The notes below the pieces were generated by a model. The model was not told the origin of the DNA. It worked only from the letters and a program-made list of their open reading frames with translations, and ran no database searches. Source: the human T2T-CHM13v2.0 reference genome, Homo sapiens. Taken from it: a stretch of DNA of 64,000 bases. Position numbers and translations under genes: made by a program. Shown in pieces: positions 1-17,939 of this stretch. The stretch's first letter is position 1. The number at the start of each line of letters is the position of its first letter. The DNA lies in the NCBI RefSeq assembly GCF_009914755.1, contig NC_060929.1. One strand, given 5' to 3'.

Positions 1-3000
1 GTTTAACAAACTGTAAGAATTTAAAACTACCAGCAAAAAGAAGAGCTTATGCTATATTATTTTTGCACCATTGTACAGTGAATAGCACTATCCAAAGCAA
101 GACCTTTATTATTGAATCAGAATACTGAAACATAGTGCATTTTGCTTTAATTATCAAATAAATCATAATTGACATGGTAATATGACTATATTGATTTATA
201 TTTTCATTTCCTAATGGTATCTGTAGCCACGCATAGATTTGGATCAATCCACTGATGATTCTTTTTGTTGGATCTTGAAATGTGAGAAAAGTCTCTCTAC
301 ATGGTATTCTGCTGTTCGCAGAGCTTACTTTGGCCTGTTTTTCTATAGAGTTACTAAGATTCAGCAGGTATTCTTCAAATGGCTGAATGACATTGAAGTG
401 TGTTGCATTATCTTCTGGTCTACAATATTTAGGTTTTTTTTTTGAGATACAGGATATATATGTAATGGATATTTCATTATGTGTTATACTTTTGTAATAT
501 GCTATACTTTAATAGGATAATAATTAAAGGCAGCTTTAAAGCAAAATGAACTCATTCAATACAACAAAAACTCCAAATTTTCTAGTGTTGTTAATTATAA
601 TTATTGCTTTTCTTTTTGTCTTTTGAAGCAGTGATCAAAGAAGTTGCATTTCTGTGTGATTCAATATTTTGAAATATTTAGTTCAACTCAATGTAGTATT
701 TCATCAAAATAAGATGGTGGTGTTAACACTGATTTATAAATGTACCAATATGCTAACCTGCTAAGCTGCTATCTGGCAGGTTGTAAATATTCTATATGAT
801 AGCAATTTTTTAGGGTTTTGGGTAGTGATAGCAGAACATGTTGTTTCTCCCTATTAAGATAACAATTTGGTTGGTATACTCTGTTACAACCCAGCTGCAA
901 AACCAAAGTGGACCACCCACAGAGAGTCCAGTTAGAGATAACTGAGGTTTGGCTGGCTAAACTACTACCACCTAAACAAATATCATCACCAGTTCTGTGA
1001 CTCAGTGCTTGATCTAAGTAAGTGATTACTTAGAAGAGAATTTTTCCAAGTGCCCAAGCTTCTGAGATTCTGTATTTAAAAAATAATAGAATAATAAAAG
1101 CAGGAAGAACATCCTTTGAAACAAATTTTAAAACCTGATAATTAAATTTAATCTTCTATTCGTGGCTAAATTATAATACTTTCCTAACTTTTGGTATAGC
1201 AAGCCTCTTATTATTTTAAATGTGACTAAATAGCTTCATGTGTAATACCAGCACTCTTCATAAAATATTTTTTGTATTGTCTGTGTTTTGCCATTACAAT
1301 GAGATTTTTGAGAATATAAGAAATGCACTTGTTACTCTGATATCATTTTATTGGATATCCTTGAATTGCACACATTCGTAGCAGTGTCTCATAATGAAGT
1401 CAGTGTATTCCTTTTTTGGGGGAAGCTTCTTAATGTTAAAAGCTTCCTAAGCATTATTTGCTAGATCACAGTTTGAATGGCAGTGTAACTGTGTAGTCTG
1501 ATGATATATTGTTTGCATAACAGAGGTCACATGGAGTTCTGAGTATTTCCCAGATAACTTAACTAACTGCTCAATTAAGAAAAAAAGCTTGCTGAAAGAT
1601 GAAGTGATGCTTTCAATGGTCACAGAGAATACAGATGCAATGAAGATCTCTCTAGGTGTTAACTAATGACTGAGGGTACAACATAAATATACACACATGT
1701 TCTTATGTTGATGGAATATGAATAATGAGATTATTGGACTTGTGTGCTGTGTGATTTATTCCAAAAATGTATCCTAGCCTTTTTGAAATTTATTCTATGT
1801 TCTGTCATGACAGCCATAAATCAGCATGAGGAATTATTGGATTTACTATGGCTTGAATTGTTACCTCCATGATAAAGATAAATGTAATTATTCAGGAAAT
1901 TATTTGCTTGTATAATTTATAGTTTGCTGGTCAAGAGGATTTTTTATATTGTAATTGATAGATAGATACCTTATTAGAAAAATAGCCTATGAGGGTTTTG
2001 TTTTGTTTTGTTTTGGAGTGAATGGATTGTTTATTCTGGTATGATTCCTTTGCTATCTCAATTTCTTTTTCTTTCTTTCAGGTGCAAGTTTAAAATAAGA
2101 TTTATTTAAAATAAAGCTGTGCATTTTAAAATAGCAAGGCTTCATATATACATTTTAGACACAGAAAAAGTTACAAAAAATGCCAAATGTCTCCATAAAA
2201 TTGAAATAGAATAATTAGTTGTATTTTGGTGTTAAAAAATAAATGTAGTATTTCAAAACTAGATTCTGAACTCCATGAATCACATAAATCATAAATATGA
2301 CAGTATTTTCTTCATAGGGTAGTCTTTTATATGAATAGTTTATAGTCTCTGACAGTCACAACTAGAGGAAATAAGATGAAGAACCAGAATGAGTTTTATT
2401 AGGCAGGTGGCTTTCCTCCTAGTAAAATAGGCTTATGTACTGCTGAAAAGTGCCATATAAAAAGGAAGAACTGTTGATGTATTGAATCAGAAGAAATTAT
2501 GTTTTCCTTTGCAAAAAGGTTCATAGAAAATCCCATTCATAAAGATTTTTTGTCAGTATATTATTTTTTATCAGGCCTTAAAAGCTGACCAACAGAAAAA
2601 ACTTGAATTACTATAAACCTGATGGAAGTGGTTTTAGTTTAGTTGAGCCTATATTAATGATTTAAAATCTTCATTAAGTTCCCATAATATAATAGCCATA
2701 TTGGATTGGGGATAAAAATAAATAAATAAATGAATAAATATCCATAACACAATTTTTCCATTGCCCTCACCAATGTTCTGTGTGCACTAATATATTCAAC
2801 AAATATATTTCTGCCGAAACCTTACCACTAAGAGTTTGAAACTGACTAGAAGCAAAAATCAGATAAAAGGATATAGTAACATTAACCAAATGTGCAGTTT
2901 GATGTGGAAGAAGGTTTAACTTTTATTATACAAATTCAGTTCAGTGGAGATTATTCAATACTATGCTTCATTAAAATGTTTTCTACATGCATTGCCTCCC

Positions 3001-3419
3001 CTACTAAAACATCACATCACTACAGACTTGGGACTTTAGCCCCAAGAAGTACTCCAAAGCGGAACCATGGTTAGCCAAGTGTTGGCATAACTAGTTATTA
3101 TTTTTTAAACCTACATATTACAAAACATACCAACTAATGACTAATGTGATAGAAATGCAAAATTGAAGTAATAGTTCTCAGCAACTAAAGTATTGAATTA
3201 AATGTTACTAAGCAATAAAAGATTAACAAATGTTAATTCCATTGTTGTTAATGATAGTTTAATATTGATGTCTGATTAGTCAAATTAAAAAGATATAGCC
3301 AAACTTTTTTAAATTAGTGTTTAAGGTTTTTTAGGCAACTAAGGTTTTCTTCCTAAATTGAAACTTCATGCCTAACAATATTTAATGATATATGTAGGTA
3401 TAATTGAAATAGAACTTCA

Positions 3420-4758
<1,339 letters not shown>

Positions 4759-5360
4759 TTTTAAATTTCCCTCCACTCCTCAATGTCAATGATTTTTTTG
4801 TGAGTAATTTTCATATGTTGAATTTCTAGTAACAGATATAATCATATTTAAACTTGTGATTTATATACTCATGTTTTTGTCAAACTTTAAGTCTGGAAGA
4901 TGTTTAATTTCTTATTTCTACCTAATTGTCACCATGTTGTTACTGGTAGAAGACACTTTTTATTCACATAATTGTGTTATTGTATATGTATTTTTACAAC
5001 TTTTTTATTGGGTGAAGAAATATATGGTACTTCAGCCTCATTTACCTCTCATAATGTGCTGTGCACTCTGGAGAAAGCTAGTTGGATTTTTGGAAGCAGA
5101 TATATCTTTATCATACAGTTAAGGAAAGTGTTGGCCACCAAGGCCATCATTCTAATTTTGAATACATATGAATTGGCCTTTTTGCTACTTACAGTTTTGG
5201 AATCTTTGGTGGGGATACAAATGCACGTCCCTTGGAAATTTTTTGGTTTTATTTTTTATCCTAGAAAATAACTGTTGTGAAGATGTCAATATGGAATTAT
5301 TTTGTCTCAGGCATCCAAAGACTCATCATGAATTAACTTAGGGAAAAAAAAGGTTGTATT

Positions 5361-5590
5361 GCCAGTTGAGCATTTCAAAGACCAAAATCCAATATTTGAA
5401 ATGCTTTAAAATCTTACATTTTGAGTACCAACATGAAATTCAAAGGAGATGTTCATTAGAGCATTTCAGATTTCATTTTTGGATTCCTGATGCTAAACTG
5501 GTATAATGCAAATATTCCCAAATCTGAAAGAATCTGTATCTGAAGCACTTCTGGTCCCAAGCATTTCAGATAAGGGATATGCAATTTGTA
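5361..5590. mobile_element. Tigger4/MER46-like TcMar DNA transposon (MITE)
   Basis: Ends cagttgagcat.. and ..cacttctggtcccaagcatttcagataagggata match Tigger4a termini as recalled. Confidence 0.75.
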
Positions 5591-8559
5591 TAAGAGGCAT
5601 GGAATATCTTAAGGAACTCAAGAACCAAAATGTAGACAATTATTAACTATTTGTTCTTTCCCTGAGTCTTTCTGGTTTTTCTTTCTTATTCCATTTGGCT
5701 TTCTTTGTCTTTAGTTATATTATGGCCCAGGCATCAAGAGAAATAGTCTTTCTTTTATTGAACTTGAGCATTTCAAAATTCCAAGAGAAGGATTTTTTTT
5801 TCTCTCGTGTTTTGATTTGATATCTACCCTTGACAAACCTATTGGACAAATTGAAAAGTAACCACGAGGTGCCTTTCAGTCACCTACAGGATATGGTTCA
5901 GCTTCACACAACCTTCAAGTCTCCATTATCTGGCCTGCGCCTTCATCCCTCTGTCATCTCTTATCATTCGCAGTCTTATTCTTTTATATCCAACTACACT
6001 GGTATGGCTTTTAGTTTCTCTGCAGAAATCACACTATTTTTCTATTCAGTGTTCTTGCTGCTGTTTTTACCTTGTCTGGAAATTCTTTACTCCTCTACTT
6101 ATTCTTTAATACAAAAATTCTTAGTCCTGGGGCTGGGGCAGGAGAAAGAGGAAGGATATTGTTTCAACAAGCATATCTAATATTGTAATAATCACATTTG
6201 GAAAATTAAGTTTGTTTCTTGGTTTTAAATTTAAATTACTCAAAGCAAAGTTTGTTGTAGTCTTGCTTACTAGAAATACACTCATATCATGAGTGTATAT
6301 GATTCTTGGTCAGACTTCTTTGGAGGACTACTCATCAGATTCTTTGAGGAGGAACTTTGATGTATTTCTAAAGGGGAAAAGTTGTCACTGTTAGGAAGAA
6401 TGTTCTTAGTTCTTACATTTGAGCAAATCATATACAAAACTACTAATTGCTACATGCATACCAGTCAACTGCATATAGTATTTACTAGCGTAAAAGGTAT
6501 GTGCAGGCATTGATTTTATGTGGTATTACATGATGTGAAATTGGAAACAGTTGTATAATAGGTATAAAATAAATGTATATTGATTGAATCTTGAACGCTG
6601 TCCTCAGTGGACTTAATTCCAGCACTTGAAGATTCATTGTAGACTAGCCTATACTAGTGTGACTTATTAGTTACTTGGATGATGTGTACACATTTTTCCA
6701 CTGTATTGAAAAATGCACCTAAAATACTGTTAAAAATTGTAAGAACAATTAGAATATAATAAAGAATAATTTCAGCATTTAGAATATTTTAAAACATTTA
6801 CACCAGTTTAATGTCAATATTCATTTCAGTACCAAGACAAAACCTAAAAAAACTGTATTTAAAAGAATGATTTCTTTCAAAAATAATTTAAAAAATAGTT
6901 ATTTCTAGGATATTTTGTCTAAACCTATCGTTATTTTAGATGTTTTTTTCTCTAGCGTTAAATAGACAATATGAACTGAGTCTTAATGTCTTTTTACATG
7001 TTGATTTGTCATATAAATATTACTCTCACTCTCAAGCCTGGTACCAGTTCTCTGTCACAGAGCAAAAATCCTCACCTCTCATCCCTTTTTAATTTAAATC
7101 TTTACATTCAAAGAGTTTTCTTTGCTGTATTTTTGAAAATGCTATTTTCCTGTGCTTTGGCTACCACCCTGTTTGAATATTGAGACTACTCTAAATTTAC
7201 TTAAAGAGTTATGAATATGTGTTTGGTAACTGTAGTTTGTTTCGTAGTTAAGGAAATGTTGCTTGTGGTTACAATTCGTGTGCAGTTATTTTAGTTAATT
7301 TTGGGAACCATAAGTGAAATAAAATTGTGACTGTTTGCCTAAGTATTTTTTTTTTTTTTGCTTTTTTGTTGGTACCCTGTTTAAATTCTAGAAGGAGAAA
7401 TATGTTATTTAGGGAGAGAGCTGTAAAGGAAGTTTTGGGAAAACATATCAAGATATGGATATAATGAGTTTTGAAGCCTATAATGAGGGGGAGAGAGAAA
7501 GTCAAATAAAATAAAATTTTCCTGATTGACAAAGAAAAAAGGACATTTTATTGTGATAATCGTATTTCATTCATTTTTTAATATCAGAGATTCTGGTTAT
7601 TTAGTCAGTATGTCTCAAATTTTTTTTCACTGAGCTATCCCTTCTTGGCCGAAGAGTACAAACTGGGTGTATGGCCTATTAGCCAGCATAAATGGAGAAT
7701 ATCTTTGAAGTGGCTTATATTGCCTTAAATAGTTCATGTGAGACTTTCTGTTAATATGGCAGAAAGCATAAATTTGCAAAGCCAAGAATAGTAGAGAGGG
7801 TCTAATAAATATCTATACATTTTTGGAAGATGCAGATGCATAATTTGTAACTAACTAAGTGGTATGGAGAAAGGGTATAGGTGCTTTTAGGAGAGGTTGC
7901 TAGAGAGGCAAATGGATTCCTAAGCAGAAACCCCCATGAATTGGGAGTACCAGTTACCTCTAAATGTGGACGTATAAAACAGTGCTGAAACCATGAGGAT
8001 TTGTTTAAGGCTTGTAAGGGACACTTAGACCACCCAGGCAGCTGCACACCTAGTTCTCCCTCCTTTCATTTTTAGAAAAAAAAATCAGGATTCACAATAC
8101 TAAACACTGGTAAAGGAAGATTGAGGGATGGACTGTACAAAGAACGTGAGGATTAAATGAAAGTCTGCATAATTAAAAAAGGGAACTGGCTCCCTTCCTT
8201 TGCTTAGTTGCAAGTCTTCTAGCAGCCTATCTTATAACTCCCAAGTAAAGAGTAAGCTGATCCAGAGGAAAGACCATCAGATATTGACAGTCAGGGAGGT
8301 CATTCAATGGAAGGTCTCTGTGTGATCACACTATCCTCTATCCTTCCCACTCTATCCTGAAGCTTCCCTACTCTGTTCTGCCTATTGTCGGATGCCTGAA
8401 AAGTTACTTCATGTGTTTGTTTCCAGAGTAACTGTTACTCTGTAAATAGAGTTTATAATCAGTTTTTTAGTTCCTCAGTCTTAATTGTGAATGGATAGGC
8501 AAGGCTTGCCAGGCATTTGGGGAAATCCTGTAATAAAAACGCAGTGATCAAATAAAATA

Positions 8560-8930
8560 AAAAAAACATGAAACAGGTTTGAGAAAAAGAGACCTTGAGA
8601 GAACAGAATAGCCTTTTAGTAATTTATAATTAATATTTCAGATAAACAAAAGAGGCTTGCATCAGTAAAGCAAAGATAGAATATATGCTATTAAAACAGA
8701 GCTGTCAGAGAAAGAAAAGAGTTGTTGGAAATTAAAATAAAGTTTTAAAAATATAGAATGGTAAAACATAAACAGAAGCAGTCTTCCAGGAAGTAAAATT
8801 AAAATAAAAAGAGATGAACAATGTAAGAGGAAAGTTAAGAAAATTTGATGATCAATCCAGGAAGTTTATTCTCTAATAAGAGTTCCAGGAAGAGGAAAAT
8901 GATAGAGAAGTTAATTTAATAAAATTCAAA
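8560..8930 (+). mobile_element. Ancient L1ME/HAL1-like ORF1 remnant
   Basis: A-rich degenerate sequence with gatcaatccaggaag..taataagagttccaggaagag, typical of old L1 ORF1. Confidence 0.45.
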
Positions 8931-11900
8931 ATATTAGTGTATGAATGAAAAATTGTTTAAAAAATACTTTGGTTATTCAGTTATTGAAAATGCCTATCCT
9001 TATTTTGAGGTTTGTTGTTTTCCCCACTTGCTTTTTATTAAGAATCCACCTTCAGATGGGTAGTACATTATATGGGTAATATTTACTCAAATGCAATTTG
9101 GAAGTGTTTGTTCATTGTTATGAGGAAGCACTCCTTAAATCTTAATGCTTATATGAGATTTTATCTCTTGAAAACAATTTGAAAAAAGCTAGTTACGTTC
9201 AATACCTTTAACTTTGTGAGGTGATGGCGTTTCTACCAAGTAAAGGACGAATAACGTCATCTTCTGTAATGGTCTTTTATGTTTCTGTGTTAGGAGGAAG
9301 TGCAGACAACAAATGGATTAGATGATCTAATAGTTATTTTTCCATTTAAAAGGAATTCTTGTTTTCTTTTTAATAAATTGAGAAAACAACTATCCTACAT
9401 ATAATAGTTTACAAGAGGGATTGGATCTCTGTAGATATTGTGAAAGAATCATTGTCTATATTCCAAGACCAATATAAAATCCTTTAATTAATGTAAGATC
9501 AGTGTCAACCTATGAAAGATACTTTGAGTATATTTTTAAAATAAATCAATGTAACTTAGCTGATATACACTAAATAAATAGCAGTTATTGAATGCCAAAT
9601 ACTGTAAAATCATCATGGATTTTGAAAAACAAAAGAGGAAAGTGAGGAGGAAGTAATTCATGAATAGACAAAGACAATTTGAGGTTAGGCTTTCAAGATT
9701 CATAATAAATACTAAATTTTTTTCTCATAAGACAGTTGCACATTATACTAAAGAATTGCAAACAATTTTAATTGTGGGAGGCAGAAAGGAATGTTGCCCA
9801 GTTTTACTGTAAGAAACTGCTTTTTTCTCTTTAGTTATGAAATAGATAGTATGATAGTCCTAAAGAACTAATCTTATATAAAAAACATTGAAAAAAATAC
9901 AAAATGTTTATTTTTTCTAATTGGCATAGTTATATTAATTCCTTTTATAATTCTCCTCTTTCACCTCCTGCCAGATTGCTTTACTTGTTCAAGTAGTGTT
10001 TGAACTGTGCTACTATGAGCTGACGTCACTAACAGCCCCAGCTATTCTGTTCCTCAGCCATACAAATTGAGAGAAGAAATGTGTTGGAAATTAAATACCT
10101 ATAGTGTAAGTTTTGTGGGATTCTTGTAACTACAGAATTCTGAGATTAATGAACAGAGGACTACCTGGAAAATATAAAAACAATCATTGGTTTGAGGTAG
10201 TAAGATAGTTTGGAACTTCACAAAAATATTAAAATTTTTCCATCTTGTCATTATTTTAAAAAATAATAATTATTCATTTCAATTCTGCTTATATTTCCAA
10301 ATTATATTTTATTATATTTGCAAGGCAGTAATTCCTTTCTTTAGGGAATTTATAATTTATTAAGACTGTTAGTCATTGAGATGGGGTTGATGGAGAACAT
10401 AAGAAAGTTTGGGGGCAATGGGAATGTTTGACCCAGAGTGCTAGTGCATGCGATTAAATGATATCCATGAATGCCCCCAGAACACTGCCATGTGAGTGAA
10501 ACAGATAGGCATAGTGAAAGGAGAAATGTTTAGGAAATTTGATGAATATACAACTATAATACAGTTATGTATGACCAAGGTATGTGTATATGTAAAAGAC
10601 AAGACTTTTTGTTCTGATGATAGGTGAAAAACCAAGGGGCCTCACATGACCTTGTTTCACATGACCTGTCTTCTTATACGGAAAATATCGGAATTATTCT
10701 GTAGTCGTGAAAATTTGGGACTGGGGTAGGATGGGAAAAGTAGAAATTCTCATAAATAATCAGAACTAAAATACATGATAATGAATCAAAATCTCTTAGC
10801 TCAATGCATTGAAACATTGTTGGTGGCAAAATTTACATTTGTAAAAGGCTCAAACTTAGACACTTTGGTGTTATTTCCAAATAAGATTTTACCTGTAGTC
10901 TATGGACACCTGACAGGATAAAAGAATACATTCTTTTACCACTGTAAAATTTGTCCCATTATCACCTATATTGCACTGTGAATATTTTTAGAGCCTCTGA
11001 AATTCTGATTATAAAAGCATAGGATTTTATGTTAGTGAATGTTGTCAATGAGTAAATGTTAAATGTAAACATTTAAAAGAGATCTTAGTTTTCAAGACCC
11101 TGCTAGATATTTCTTCATTTTTCAATATGCCGTGAGTTTAAAATTTAAAAAGAAATAGAAATAGCCCTGAATCTTATCTTCCAAATTTTGTCCTTTTTCT
11201 TAAATTAAAGAACAATTAAATTTATCAAATAATTACATTTCTGAGAGCCATTTAAAATGTTAACTTTGAATGACAGGATAAACCATTTGAATTATATAAA
11301 TCAGGGAATATTAAATTATTTGAGGGAATAAAGAGGAAAAAACTGAAGTCACCTATGCATATGAGTGTACAACAATCAGCTTTCAAATTTCTGATCCAAT
11401 ATATTGATCATATTTCACAACTCTTTGATGCATCTATTATTAATTATAATTTTGTATGTGCAGTATCTGTTTGGAAAGCAGTATCATCAATTCTGCTTTC
11501 TTTATTAGTATTTTTCTTGAAATGTTCTAGGGATTGGTGGTAACAGCCTCTTTGTTCCAAGGTGTCAAATGTTTTATATTCCAAAATGAGATTATATATG
11601 TGTTTCTGCAGATGCTGCAAGTGTACCACGTGGGATGATTGATAACCTTTTATTAATATCATTCTGTGAAGCTCTTAATTTATTCTTACTTCGGAAAATA
11701 TTCTTTCAGAATTATAATTAAGTAGCATGTTCATGTAGGAAGTTAGTTTTAGTTGCCTTTGGGTAAGGTTTCTTCTTTTCTTCTCTATGTATTTCTATGA
11801 TGTATCTTTTGGTTGTTTGTAGACAAGTACCACCTCAGTGCCGCAAGAGATAGTGCAGACCTCTACCCACCCCGCCACCCCCTTCTTTTAAGCTTTTCAC

Positions 11901-11989
11901 ACTTAAGGAAGTGACCAAATTTAAATTTGGTTACTTGGAAATAATCATTTTTTAAGTTGGTCATATAATATTCTAAATTTGTCATTTTC

Positions 11990-12160
11990 AGGCACTTAAT
12001 ATGGTGCTTATGTGGGCCAGTTAATTATTCCAAGTGCTTTGCAAATACAAGCTTATTTAATAATAGCAACCCTATGAGGTAGATGTTGTCATTGCCATTT
12101 GACAGATGAGGAAACTGATGCAGTGAAAGGCACATAGCTAGTAAGTGGCCACAGTGATTT
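11990..12160 (-). mobile_element. MIR
   Basis: Core aaccctatgaggtag..ccatttgacagatgaggaaactga..cacatagctagtaagtggc. Confidence 0.85.
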
Positions 12161-12172
12161 CACTTCTTTTAA

Positions 12173-12504
<332 letters not shown>

Positions 12505-12964
12505 TGAGATGAATAATCTAAATATAAGTCATCTTTATCTTTTAATAGAGACACTACCTTTTAGTAGATAAGTAAAATAATACCTGATTGTTGAAGTCTA
12601 GGGGATCCTTTAATATTTGTTAATATATCCAATTTCTATGTGTTTCATTTCAATTCAAATTAGTTACATTTGGCCATTTGTTTGTAGACGTAACAGAATT
12701 AGTTGCTAATAGAGGAATAGATTGCTGCAAGTTACTCATGAAATACTGTTCTCTCCTTCAACCAACATATTTGTTCGTCTTGTTTATTAAAAGCATAAGG
12801 AACTTCAATAAGTAGGCTACATTTTTATCTTGTCCTTGAACCTGTATTATGATTTCATGTGAATTTGCTACAGTGAACTTTTGATTTGCTGATAGCAGCA
12901 AGTTTTTGGAATTGTTATCTCAAATTCTGGTTTGGCATATGCCTTTAAAATGTTATTCAATCTT

Positions 12965-13262
<298 letters not shown>

Positions 13263-13961
13263 TAAAATGTTATTCAATCTTATTTGAGTAGCTATTGAAG
13301 TCAAGTGCTTATGTAAAATTTAAGATCGTTTATTTTCCACAGTGAAGATGCTAATGCCCTCTTAAAGTTGGTTACCCTGCTTGCTGTTGTCATTTTTAAC
13401 TGAATAACTAAACTTATTAAACTTCAGTGAGTTATTCATTAGTGAATTGGGGTTGGGGGGAGTGATAAGTAAAAGAAATGCATTTTATTTCCTCCCTTAT
13501 TGTCAGATTCCTGTTTGAATTCAATGTGTAATAATGGCTTATGGAGTTTACCAGTTTTAGTGGAATCCTCACTGCCTCTTCAACTGCTTTGCTTATTGCT
13601 GAAGGATAGAAAAGTGTGGGAGCTTTTGATTAACTCTTATAAATCTACTGAAATGTATCACAGAGTTTACCACTGAGTCATTTTATAACTTTCTCCTTTT
13701 TGCTTTTAATATATTTTTTTCTATGTGAATACAGTTATTGAGTTTCTGGAAACATAAAGTTCTTGGGTTTCTAGAAACATAAATAAAGAACAGATGGCAG
13801 TTCACGCCTAACAATGAATACGATGGGAACAGAGGACTTTCATCTTGTCCCTAGTGGTCACCATGTCAGCCATCATGTGGTGGACATCTGTGACTGTTGA
13901 GCATAGTCCCTGCTGCTATTTTGGAGTCTCTCAGGTCTGGTGTTAGTCATATTTACATTAG

Positions 13962-14309
<348 letters not shown>

Positions 14310-15556
14310 TGCATCAGCTTATTTTCAAGAACTGTCATTCTCAGTCATTTATCAGTCTGCAAAAAATATAATTCTGAATAAATGAGAATTGAGAAGGGTC
14401 CCAAATAAGGGTTACTTTCTTTTAAATTGACCCATAGTTGTACAAACTGATTGATTACTGTCGATTGATATGTCTTTATTCATCAGCATTGGGAAATTTA
14501 GGAATTGAGCTTCATTAATGAAACCATTTTATTGGACACATAGCTGTAAATTGCATGTCTGTTGACAGAGCACTGTAAACAAAATAAAGCATTAAAATTT
14601 AGATAAATTCAGGGAGAAGACCACATGTAAGCATTTAAATCATAACAGATTCCTGGTATTTATGGCTTTAATATCCAAATGATGAGCAACTCCTACGAGT
14701 CTATGACAGGGAATTGTCTGGAATTGTATATAGCTATGAATTTTAATTTTGCACCACTGATTCTTAAGTGGGCGGGTTGTCTATTCATCCACATATAATA
14801 TGAGGCTTTGTTTTGTACTTGTCATTACAATAAACTTTGAAGTGTTTAACACATTGTGTCTTTGTGGAGAAATGGTCATCAAGTAAGACAATTTTAGGGA
14901 ATACTGAAAATGCTCTTAGCTTGAGATGTAGCAAATTGTATCAGAAACATGTCCCTTGAGAGCAGTGTGGCTTTGAAAATGCTAGGAGTTGGGAGAAAGA
15001 TTTGTTTTTATTAATGTGGAGAATTGCAAAAGTTTTAGAAAATCCACCCACCATGTCAAAGATCTTGTGTGTAGAATTTTTAAAGAACTGCTATAGTAGA
15101 GGGCATTAAGATTTTTAAGTAAAATAAAACAAAAACCTATTGGATGTTAACTTGAAAGATAATTTTAAAAACTTACCCTAAGTTCTTAGAAAGTCTTCTC
15201 TACCCTCATGACCTCTGCTATCTATATAAGAAATTAGTGAACTGAATAAATCTTTAGCCTCTCACTATCTTAAATTACCATAGAATTAAAAACTCTAGAA
15301 TATAATGAATCTATTCTATCAGTACAGCCCATGAGTGAATTTCAAACGTTTAAGTTGTGCCTCAGAGGAATTTTTGTTATGCATCTTTTAAATAATAATA
15401 TTTTCAATAAATCATTCCTTATAAAAGTCCCCAAATTGTTGCTCTTTAGACATTACTAAAATCAAAAACAACAAATTTAAACATTTACAGTTTGGGACCT
15501 AATTTAAGCATGTATCACAGTTTATTAAAGTTATCTTCTGTTAGAAATAGCTCCCT

Positions 15557-15807
15557 TAGTTCTGGAGATCTGTTGTGCAGCATGGTGACTATAATAATAG
15601 TGTATTGTGTACATGACATTTCCTAAGAGAGATCTTAAATGTTCTCACTACACACAAATGAGAATGTGAGGTAATTGATATGTTAGTAGCTTGATTGTGG
15701 TAATTATTTCACAATGTGTATATGTATCTCAAACATGTTGTACAACTTAAATGTATACAATTTTTATTTCCCAATTATACCTTAATAAATCTAGAAGAAA
15801 ATAAAAA
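15557..15807 (+). mobile_element. L1MA-type 3' end
   Basis: agttctggagatctgttgtgcagcatggtgactata..cttaaatgttctcac..aataaa plus A-rich tail. Confidence 0.8.
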
Positions 15808-16925
15808 TGGTAAGTTAACCAAATTTTTTTCTCTCAGTCTCTCATATTTTCTCCCAGATTAAGTAAGGGTACATCTGTGAATCACACTGATTTCATTTTG
15901 TTAAAAAGCTTAAGAAATTAAGAGTAAGCTATAAGTAGTTGTAGCTGACAATATAAGAACTGTTAGAAATATGAACTTGCTTTATGAATGCTATATTTAT
16001 TCTGATTGTGTTGCATTAAACATGTTTATTTTATTTTAAATAAAATATTTTTCTCTTCAAGCTTCTAATAATGTTAAATGTTAAAGAAACAATTATCTGT
16101 TTAGGTAGGAATTTGACTTAATCTCATTATAAATAGCATCCTAAAATTTTACAGCTTTGAACAAACATTAAAATTAGTAATAATTTTTCTATTCAAAATG
16201 AAAAGAAATGTGAACCTTTTCTGACACAGGTCATAATGAAATAATTCCCCCTTTAAAAAAAAATCTAAACACACATAACCTATGAGAATAAAATTAACAT
16301 AGCTGCTGTAAGAAGTTTTAAAAAAATTCTTAGCATGTCTTGAAGTAATAAACATGTCTCTGATTAGGTGAATCAATAGACCTTATTGATTTATATATTA
16401 TAGATACAATTCCAATATTATGAAAAAGATACTGTGGAACTAGAGAATTTTATATCTGACTGGAATACCAGAATAGTGGTAATATTGCTTGTTGAAATTA
16501 CTGAGGAGAATGCTAAGTGATCTTCAGGCCATTTATTTATTTATTTTTAACTTTTATTTTAAGTTCAGTGTTACATGTGCAGCTTTGTTACATAGGTAAA
16601 CTTGTGTTATGGGGTTTTGTTGTACAGATTATTTCACCACCCATGTATTAAGCCTAGTACCCATTTTTATTTTTCCTGATCCTCTCCCTCTCCCACCATC
16701 TACCTTCCATCCTCCAACAGGCCCCAGTGTGTGTTGTTCCCCCACCACGTGTCCATGTGTTCTTATCATTTAGCTTCCACTTATAAGTGAGAATGCACAG
16801 TATTTGGTTTTCTGTTTCTGTATTAGTTTGCCAAGGATTATGGCCTCTGCTTCCATCCATGTCCTGCAAAGGACATGATCTCATTCTTGTGGCTGCGTAG
16901 TATTTCATGGTGTGTATGTACCACA

Positions 16926-17275
<350 letters not shown>

Positions 17276-17485
17276 TGATGGGCATTTATGTTGATTCCAT
17301 GTCTTTGCTATTGTTTCAGTTGTGAATAGTGCTGCAATGAACATACATGTGCATTTGTCTTTATAATAGAAAGATTCATATTCCTTTGGGTATATACCTA
17401 GTAATGGAATTCCTGGGTCAAATGGTATTTCTGTTTTTACGTCTTTGAGGAATCCCCACACTGTCTTCCAAAGTGGTTGAACTAG

Positions 17486-17839
<354 letters not shown>

Positions 17840-17939
17840 AAGCATTTGTTTTTTTGCTCAACTTTGCCAGCATCCGTTATTTTTTGACTTTTAAATGATA
17901 GCCATTCTGAGTGGTGCGAGATAGTATCTCATTGTGGGT

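Noticed and set aside
13843-13862. CTCF-like sequence (minus strand TGACCACTAGGGACAAG)
   Set aside because: The 3' half of the core (GGCGC) is mismatched; cannot be called without ChIP data.
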